Shown here in pieces: positions 57,333 through 64,000 of a stretch of DNA of 64,000 nt. The translations under genes were made by a program, and so were the position numbers. Position 1 is the stretch's first letter; the number at the start of each line of letters is the position of its first letter. The notes beneath the pieces are model-generated. The model made no database searches, was not told the origin of the DNA, and was given only the letters and a program-made list of their open reading frames with translations. Where the stretch lies: IMG/VR virus record IMGVR_UViG_3300046170_000450, positions 22,912-86,911 of that record, one strand, 5' to 3'. The DNA comes from a virus.

Positions 57333-60300
57333 ATGGCAGACCTTTACGGAAAAAGAATAGATTCTAGTTATATCTATATACTAAATTCAGACCCAAACAC
57401 TGCAATAGTAACAAATGGAGATGGGTCTAATGTAGATTGGGATGGAAACAAAATAGTATTAAAAACAGGTAATCAAGACATATCTGGAGTTAAAAATTTC
57501 AATTCTATACCAACTTATCAAGGTTTAGAGCTTGTTTATAAAAATAATCCGCTTTCTGGTTTGGGGGAGGGTCAGCTTCAAATGGCCCAAAATTCGCAAG
57601 GTTCTGTTATATTAGCTGGAAACATAAATACTTTAAGTGGGAATTATTCTGTTATATTAGCTGGCAATAATAATTCTCTAAATGGGGACCACTCCGCCAT
57701 TGGTGTCGGCACGTATAATCATTTAATAGGGAATAGCTCGCTTATATCCGCTGGCACTCAGAACTCTCTAAGTGGGAACTTTTCTTTTATTAGTGCTGGC
57801 GATGGAAATAGCCTTACTGGAAATTCATCTACTATAAATGGTGGAGTTGGAAATGATTTGATAGGTAATCAATCCTCTATATCGGCTGGCAGCCAAAACC
57901 AAATTTCTGGCAATAAATCTTTCATAGGAGCTGGACAAAATAATATAGTAAATTCTGATCGATCTGCAATTGCTGGAGGCGATGGCAATCAAGTACATTC
58001 TGATTTCGGCGGGATAATAGCGGGTACAAATAATACAATTACTGGCGAAGGTTCTGTAATTGCTGGTGGTCATATAAATTCTATAGACGGTCAGAAATCT
58101 GCTATTTTAGGCGGAGATAATAATGAAATAAAAACGGGAAATTATTCTACAATAGTTGGAGGCAAGGAAAATATCGTAAAAAATTCAACCCACTCTTCTC
58201 TTCTTGGCGGAGAAAACAACGAAATAAGTGGGTCTTCAAGTTCTCTTGTAGGTGGATCAAACAACAACATTTCTGGGCAAAAAAGTGTTATAGTTGGAGG
58301 AAGTGGGAACAATTTAGTTTCGGATAATGCTGTTCTTGTCGGCGGTAATTCAAATTTAGTAAAAAATTCACCAAGATCAACTTTAGGTGCGGGGCTATCT
58401 AATATAATTTCTGGTTCAAGTGGTAGTTTACTGGGGGCTGGAACCCAAAATCATTTAAATGCGTCGAACAATTCTTTCATAGGTGCTGGGTCTGAAAATA
58501 CATTCTCTAGCTCTCCCAGTTCTTTCATAGGAGCTGGCTCTGGAAATAATGTTTTAAATTCTAACAGTTCGTGGATAGGTGCTGGCGATAATCATTCTTT
58601 GATTAATTCAACTGGATCTTCTATTTTAGCTGGCGAAGAAAATGTTTTATCAGGGTCTAATAATTCTTCAAGTTCTGCTGGGACTGGAAATATAATTATA
58701 AGTTCAAATGAATCTTTACTGGGAGCTGGCAATCAAAATAAACTGAGTGGTTCTGCTAATTCTGCAATTGTAGGGGGCGGGTTTAATAAAATTAGCGGAT
58801 CAAGCGATTCTTCGATTGCCGCTGGAACTGGGAATCTAGTTCAGAACTCCAACCGATCTTCCATTGCCGCTGGCGACGAAAATTACATAAGCGGAAATTC
58901 TTCTTTCATCGGTGGAGGAAGCCGCAACAAGGTTTATGTCGAAAATGCGGCGATATTGGCGGGGCTTCAAAATATTGTGAGCGGAGAGGACTCCATTCTT
59001 GGAGGGGGTTTCTTAAATCAAGCCATCGGAAACAACTCTTCGATACTCGGCGGCAGAAACAATCTGGTCGGAGAAAACACTTCTTCCGCTTCTATTTTAG
59101 GCGGCAGAGATAATGAATTGAGAACTGGAAGCTACTCTTCCTTGCTCGGCGGGATAGAAAATGTAGTATCTGGCTCTTCCTCTTCTCTGCTCGGAGGTAG
59201 CAATAATACCCTTCACGGAGATAAGAGCGTTCTTGTCGGGGGTAGCGGAAATCAGTTAATTGGAGACGGAATCGTTCTAATGGGCGGCGAGTCCAATACC
59301 GCTTCTGGAAAATTCGTCACGCTTTTCGCTGGCGAAAATAATAAGGTGAGCGGCGTGGCTTCCACGGTCGTCGCTGGTAGAGAAAACTCCATAAAACTTT
59401 CGGACGATTCTTCTATCGGAGCGGGAACTGGGAATTTTATGCAAAATTCTCAAAGGTCCCACGTTGGCGCGGGCAAAGATAATACGTTTACAAATTCTCA
59501 AGACTCCTCGGTTGGAGCGGGATCAAATAATACGTTTACAAATTCTCAAGACTCCTCGGTTGGAGCGGGATCAAATAATACGTTTACAAATTCTCAAGAC
59601 TCCTCGGTTGGAGCAGGAATTGGAAATTTACTACAAAACTCTAACCAATCTTCCATTGCCGCTGGCTCGACAAATGTAATAGCGTCATCAACTGGATCTT
59701 TAGTTGGAGTAGGGGATGATAATACTATAACTGGTTCCACTTCTTCTGTTTTGCTCGGAGGGAAAACAAACAAAATACAAAACTCAACTCATTCCTCTTT
59801 AGTAGGAGGTAGATCTAATTATATTATTGGAACTGAGTCTTCCCTTGTAGGTGGCAATAATAATTCAATAAGTGGAGACAGAAGTGTATTAGTTGGGGGT
59901 TCAAATAATAATGTATTTGGTGACGAGACTATTTTAGTTGGCGGGCAAAATAACACCGCATCAGGTCTTTATGCTACCCTTTTTGGTGGGCAAGATAATA
60001 ATTTAACTGGAACTGGTGTAGCAATTCTTGCGGGAAGAAACAATGATGTCAAAGGTTCTTTAGATTCTTGCATTTCTGCTGGCAGAATAAACGTTGTGGA
60101 AGATTCTGAAAGATGTTCTATAGCGGCTGGCCGAGGTAATAATATTATTGACTCTAGTGATTCATTTATTGCTGGTGGAACTGGAAATTCTATTATTGAG
60201 TCAGATAATGGAGTTATTTTAACTCCAGATGGTTCTACGATCGATACAAATACCGACGTGACAATTAGTTTTACAACCGCAGATACTGGAAGGATCGAAG

Positions 60301-62663
60301 AAGTGGGTTTCGGCGCTCAGTTTACTAAGTTTCCATTTCAAGATGCCGACGCAATTAGAGAGTTCGATGTTAGTCCTGCACCTTGGTATACTTGGTCGGC
60401 TGTAGATGGTTTTGACAGAATTTCAGGCTACTGGTTTGAACAAAAAGCATTTGATGCCCCTGTTTATGCATCTATTTTAAATGGAATCGAAAATAAGGTT
60501 CAGTCTGATTTTTCTACTATTTTAAATGGATCTGGGAATGAGTTGGCTGGAGCGAACTCAATAGTAGCGGGCATAAACAATAAAGCTTCTGGGCACAATT
60601 CTTACATATTTGGTGGCACAGGCAATACGATTAATTTGAGTTTTTTAACTGGGTCGTCTTCAGAAAATTTAGATCAAGGATTTCTATATTTTGGCAGAGA
60701 CTATGAAAATTACAACACGATAATTAATGGGGAAAACAACGTCATAGGCTCAAACAAAGCTAGTGAGAGATTCGTTCTTTCCAATAATACAAATCTCGAA
60801 GCTGTACAAAACAAACATTCTCATATATTTGGAGGAGAAGAGAATAGTATAGATGGAATCGGCGGTTTTATATTAAATGGTAAAAGGAATGATATACATG
60901 CGGTGACTCATTCATTGAATGAAGAATTCAATATGCCTAGGACAAGTCGAAATCAACCCATTAATGATCCTTATATTCCAGAATTAGATGGCATATTCGA
61001 AGATGATTTTTTGCAGGATTTTAATGGGACGAGGGAGACTTGGGAAAGTCACTCTTCAATTTTTTCTTCAGTTAGGTGTAGCGTACATGGACAACTTCTA
61101 TCAATAAGCAATTCTGTAAATTCAAGCATAGAAAGCGGATATAGGGGCATTAATACTTCCTCATTTCAAGATGCAGGCAATTATCCAATATTTTGTAATA
61201 TCTCTAACAGTCTCGGCTCTTCGGTTAAAGCAGCACATTATTCTTCAATCTTCAATGGTATCGGAAATGAAATATCACAAAGCGGAACAAGAATTAAAAG
61301 TGCGAACTCAACTATTTTAAACGGAAACAGAAATAAAATATTAACTGAGGTGTCAGAGCTAGATGCAATAGATGTTGCTAACAACACCTACTCTACAATT
61401 TTAAATGGGCGAAATAATACTATTTATGGTAGAAGAAGTACTATTATAAATGGCACAGAAAATACTTTAACGGGTCGATCCAATTTAATTTTTGGAGAGG
61501 GTAATACTATTACAGATCAGGACAATTCTATCACTTACTCGGCACCCGATTTTAGCTTTGTTTTTGGTGAGGATAATCTTGTTAGTGGAGCCGCTTTTAC
61601 TACTCAGCTTTCAAAAGAGGATGGAAATTATGTATTCGGGAAAAGAAACCAACTTTTGAATTGTTCTCGTTCGTTTGTTGTGGGCGGCTATAAGGTTTTT
61701 AATCAAGGAGGTTTTCTTCTTGATGGCGACAACAACAAATTTATTTTATCTTATGATATTTTTTCTTTTAACAATGTCTTATCTTCGGTTTCTGGATCTC
61801 ACGACTCAGCAATAAATAATGTTTATTATTCAGATGTGGCTGGCGCAGTCAGTTCATCGTTATCAAATCTACATGGTTCTGATATTGTTAGCTTATCGAA
61901 TTCTTTCGCAAATAATTTAGTAAATTCTAATGCAAGATCCATATTTTCGTCTAACTTGAACGGCGTTGAATTTTCGCAGTTAAGCGGCTTAAACCGTTGC
62001 ACTATTTCTAATTTACGAAACAGCGACATAACTGACGCAAGTGATTCAAGAATTCAAGGAAATAATATCAATGTAGATAATGATTTAGATTACTCGGATA
62101 TTTTGGGCAACAATATTAATTTAACTGGAAGAGTTCGTGTAGAGAACTCAAGAATAATTGGGCAAGATATTGATTTTGTTAAGCTTGGTGGTACTGCTAC
62201 TTTTGTTGAATTTGGAAATTGTGATGTTTTAGGGTTCAACAATACATTGGCGGCGGTTGGAGGCAGCATTTCAAATTTATTAATCAGAGGTTACAATAAT
62301 AATGTGACGGGCTCTAGCGATGTTTTTGTGTTCGGTGATAGAGTCAATGTAAACAATTCAAGAAACTCTATTTTCTTTGGACAAGACATAGAATCAAGCG
62401 GACAAAGCACTTTCGTTTTTGGGGATAATATAGATTCTCAGCATGTGGCTGGGTCCGTAATAAAGGATAGTAAAACGACCGCAACACAATCCAAGGGAGA
62501 AGACACTCTTTTCTTGGATTTTGACCAAGGAACTTATATGAATGTGCCCTTATGGACTGGAGCAACAACTCCAGGTGTTGGTGGGCAGATCATGTACAGT
62601 GGCGACAATATGTATATTCACAATGGATCAAATTGGAGAGAAATAAACACCTCCGCTGTATAA
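57333..62663 (+). CDS. long beta-helical tail fibre / adhesin
   Basis: Dozens of 15-16 aa S..I.(A/G)G..N.I repeats; GTGTAA-N8-ATG supports a start at 57333. Confidence 0.8.
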   Translation: MADLYGKRIDSSYIYILNSDPNTAIVTNGDGSNVDWDGNKIVLKTGNQDISGVKNFNSIPTYQGLELVYKNNPLSGLGEGQLQMAQNSQGSVILAGNINTLSGNYSVILAGNNNSLNGDHSAIGVGTYNHLIGNSSLISAGTQNSLSGNFSFISAGDGNSLTGNSSTINGGVGNDLIGNQSSISAGSQNQISGNKSFIGAGQNNIVNSDRSAIAGGDGNQVHSDFGGIIAGTNNTITGEGSVIAGGHINSIDGQKSAILGGDNNEIKTGNYSTIVGGKENIVKNSTHSSLLGGENNEISGSSSSLVGGSNNNISGQKSVIVGGSGNNLVSDNAVLVGGNSNLVKNSPRSTLGAGLSNIISGSSGSLLGAGTQNHLNASNNSFIGAGSENTFSSSPSSFIGAGSGNNVLNSNSSWIGAGDNHSLINSTGSSILAGEENVLSGSNNSSSSAGTGNIIISSNESLLGAGNQNKLSGSANSAIVGGGFNKISGSSDSSIAAGTGNLVQNSNRSSIAAGDENYISGNSSFIGGGSRNKVYVENAAILAGLQNIVSGEDSILGGGFLNQAIGNNSSILGGRNNLVGENTSSASILGGRDNELRTGSYSSLLGGIENVVSGSSSSLLGGSNNTLHGDKSVLVGGSGNQLIGDGIVLMGGESNTASGKFVTLFAGENNKVSGVASTVVAGRENSIKLSDDSSIGAGTGNFMQNSQRSHVGAGKDNTFTNSQDSSVGAGSNNTFTNSQDSSVGAGSNNTFTNSQDSSVGAGIGNLLQNSNQSSIAAGSTNVIASSTGSLVGVGDDNTITGSTSSVLLGGKTNKIQNSTHSSLVGGRSNYIIGTESSLVGGNNNSISGDRSVLVGGSNNNVFGDETILVGGQNNTASGLYATLFGGQDNNLTGTGVAILAGRNNDVKGSLDSCISAGRINVVEDSERCSIAAGRGNNIIDSSDSFIAGGTGNSIIESDNGVILTPDGSTIDTNTDVTISFTTADTGRIEEVGFGAQFTKFPFQDADAIREFDVSPAPWYTWSAVDGFDRISGYWFEQKAFDAPVYASILNGIENKVQSDFSTILNGSGNELAGANSIVAGINNKASGHNSYIFGGTGNTINLSFLTGSSSENLDQGFLYFGRDYENYNTIINGENNVIGSNKASERFVLSNNTNLEAVQNKHSHIFGGEENSIDGIGGFILNGKRNDIHAVTHSLNEEFNMPRTSRNQPINDPYIPELDGIFEDDFLQDFNGTRETWESHSSIFSSVRCSVHGQLLSISNSVNSSIESGYRGINTSSFQDAGNYPIFCNISNSLGSSVKAAHYSSIFNGIGNEISQSGTRIKSANSTILNGNRNKILTEVSELDAIDVANNTYSTILNGRNNTIYGRRSTIINGTENTLTGRSNLIFGEGNTITDQDNSITYSAPDFSFVFGEDNLVSGAAFTTQLSKEDGNYVFGKRNQLLNCSRSFVVGGYKVFNQGGFLLDGDNNKFILSYDIFSFNNVLSSVSGSHDSAINNVYYSDVAGAVSSSLSNLHGSDIVSLSNSFANNLVNSNARSIFSSNLNGVEFSQLSGLNRCTISNLRNSDITDASDSRIQGNNINVDNDLDYSDILGNNINLTGRVRVENSRIIGQDIDFVKLGGTATFVEFGNCDVLGFNNTLAAVGGSISNLLIRGYNNNVTGSSDVFVFGDRVNVNNSRNSIFFGQDIESSGQSTFVFGDNIDSQHVAGSVIKDSKTTATQSKGEDTLFLDFDQGTYMNVPLWTGATTPGVGGQIMYSGDNMYIHNGSNWREINTSAV
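59479..59614 (+). repeat. perfect 48-bp tandem repeat (about 2.8 copies) in the fibre gene
   Basis: ATAATACGTTTACAAATTCTCAAGACTCCTCGGTTGGAGCGGGATCAA units starting at 59479, 59527 and 59575. Confidence 0.95.
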
Positions 62664-62830
62664 ATTTTAAGATTCTTCTACAGGCTGATTTTCGGGATCT
62701 TTTTTGATTCCAATGCTTTTAAAATTTCTTGAACTTTTTCAAGTTCTCTTATTGGTAGGGACATTAAAATGTTGTAAATATAATTAAAGTCTTTTTCTTC
62801 TAATGTGATTTTCATATTTTTATATTAATA

Positions 62831-63244
62831 TTAAAGATCCACGTTTAAACCTTTTTTTTCTGCTTTTTCTATGGCTTTTTTAAATTTTTCTTTTTGTTGT
62901 TGGGGGTGGAGCTTGCCATTTGTCTTTTTATTGTAATCGTTATAATATTTTTCTTTAATTGGATCGACCCCTCCATTTTTTTGCGCTCTAATTTCTGAAG
63001 CTTCTGCCGATCTATTTTGTAGGTCTCCATATGTGTCATTTTTATTGACAGTTGAAGCAACAAAAGATTTAGAGTCGAAGGCGTCCATCTTCGTGTCAAA
63101 AGATAGCGAGGGATTGACATAAACACGTCTCCAGAGACCTTTCTCTGATCCATCCTCACCGTGGTACTCGTGGGCATCATTCATACCCTGAAGGACCTCT
63201 ACGATCTCTTCTGTTTCTTTATTTTCGTATAAGTATAATGGCAT
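62831..63244 (-). CDS. FmdB-like protein (Cys-less variant)
   Basis: MPLY.Y......E..EV.Q.M N-terminus. Confidence 0.55.
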   Translation of the reverse strand: MPLYLYENKETEEIVEVLQGMNDAHEYHGEDGSEKGLWRRVYVNPSLSFDTKMDAFDSKSFVASTVNKNDTYGDLQNRSAEASEIRAQKNGGVDPIKEKYYNDYNKKTNGKLHPQQQKEKFKKAIEKAEKKGLNVDL

Positions 63245-63293
63245 AACAAATTATAAAAAAGCCCCCGACTTTTTCAATCGGAGGCTTTGTAGT

Positions 63294-63660
63294 TTATTCT
63301 ACTGAAATTTGGACTGTTTTTGAATTTTCAGATTTTGGTAATTTAATCTGCAAGATTCCGTTTTTTAGTTTAGATGAAATCTTAGCGGCATTAATATAAT
63401 CAGTGTCAATTCTAAGACTGACGACATCGATTGGTTTCTCTTTTTCGTTGTTAACAAAAACCTTCAAAATACTCTTACGAACATTTGCGGTAATTTCTTC
63501 TGACCCGAAACCGACAATAACTTTTTCGACGATGTAATGATTTTCTTCGTCTTTGATTTTTATTGGTCCAACATAACCCTTGCCATGTTTATGGAAAGAG
63601 GTATCATTAAAGCCTTCATAAAAGGCGTTTTTCAATTTGATCTATTAGATTTGAATACAT
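63294..63660 (-). CDS. small heat-shock protein (Hsp20/alpha-crystallin)
   Basis: I.SKLKNGILQIKLPKSE...I.VE; ATG 63660 joins the 113 aa ORF with one fewer A in a homopolymer. Confidence 0.8.
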
Positions 63661-63673
63661 AGGCGTTTCTATT

Positions 63674-63689
63674 TGCAGGCGGTATGCCA
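63674..63689 (-). promoter_or_regulatory. sigma54-type -24/-12 promoter upstream of hsp20
   Basis: TGGCATACCGCCTGCA = GG-N10-GC; predicted +1 about 3 nt before the ATG. Confidence 0.55.
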
Positions 63690-63692
63690 AAA

Positions 63693-64000
63693 CTAACCCA
63701 ACTCTTCAATCCCTTTAAGTAAGCGGTCTACAGAGCGACCGTAAGAAAATTCTTCTTTTAGCTTCTCTCCTTCTGTGTTAATTTGTCCCTTTTTTGAGAC
63801 AGCTATATCCATAGCTTGTGCCACAACGTCACTATCCCAAGTGTAAATATTTCCCTGATTAAATGGTGAACCTTCTTGGAAAAACTTTCCGTCATAGCAT
63901 GGCTCAATTCCATTTGAGTCAACAATAATTGAGTTAGAATTATTAGCCCAATCTTTGTGGGCTGTAGCATTGAGAACAATAGACCACTTGCCGAGGCAGC
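63693..64000 (-). CDS. C-terminal part of a probable GT-B glycosyltransferase (truncated by window)
   Basis: Open frame CLGKWSIVLNATAHKDWA...AM..AV...G.KL.EEFSY.RSVD.LL resembles a GT4 C-terminus. Confidence 0.5.
   Translation of the reverse strand, partial: CLGKWSIVLNATAHKDWANNSNSIIVDSNGIEPCYDGKFFQEGSPFNQGNIYTWDSDVVAQAMDIAVSKKGQINTEGEKLKEEFSYGRSVDRLLKGIEELG

Noticed and set aside
1-64000. Stop-codon reassignment
   Set aside because: Long genes are intact in the standard code, TAG and TGA end genes normally, the breaks are frame changes rather than in-frame stops, and no suppressor tRNA was found.

Overview
This window comes from a large, AT-rich tailed dsDNA phage. It has a long tape measure gene and tail-tube-like genes, and no sheath was recognised, so it appears siphovirus-like. 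It uses the standard genetic code. Layout: (1) 1-7.5 kb, + strand accessory genes (rIIB-like, pyrimidine-dimer glycosylase, macro domain, RuvB-like helicase). (2) 7.6-18.2 kb, a block of small - strand genes, most with their own leaderless sigma70-type promoter. The block is partitioned by ten copies of a 79-80 bp GC-rich element made of two 29-bp palindromes around a 21-22 bp spacer, and gene stop codons sit in or beside the element as in a cassette array. (3) 18.3-21.7 kb, HNH and PD-(D/E)XK-like nuclease genes plus 11 tRNAs (several atypical) and an unassigned structured RNA region; a 12th tRNA lies at 12.05 kb. (4) 21.7-26.9 kb, a duplicated two-gene module of adaptor/fibre-like protein plus Ig-trypsin protease. 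(5) 27-62.7 kb, late/morphogenesis genes (PhoH, sigma factor, ERCC4 nuclease, terminase, portal, prohead protease/scaffold, capsid, neck, tail tube, chaperones, tape measure, beta-helical fibre), many preceded by a GTGTAA motif. (6) FmdB-like, Hsp20 and a partial glycosyltransferase. Frameshifts around 38-40 kb and 45-47.5 kb look like sequencing indels. The best candidate for an undescribed system is the double-palindrome cassette array; no recombinase gene was recognised in the window. All protein calls come from motif recognition by eye; no database search was run.
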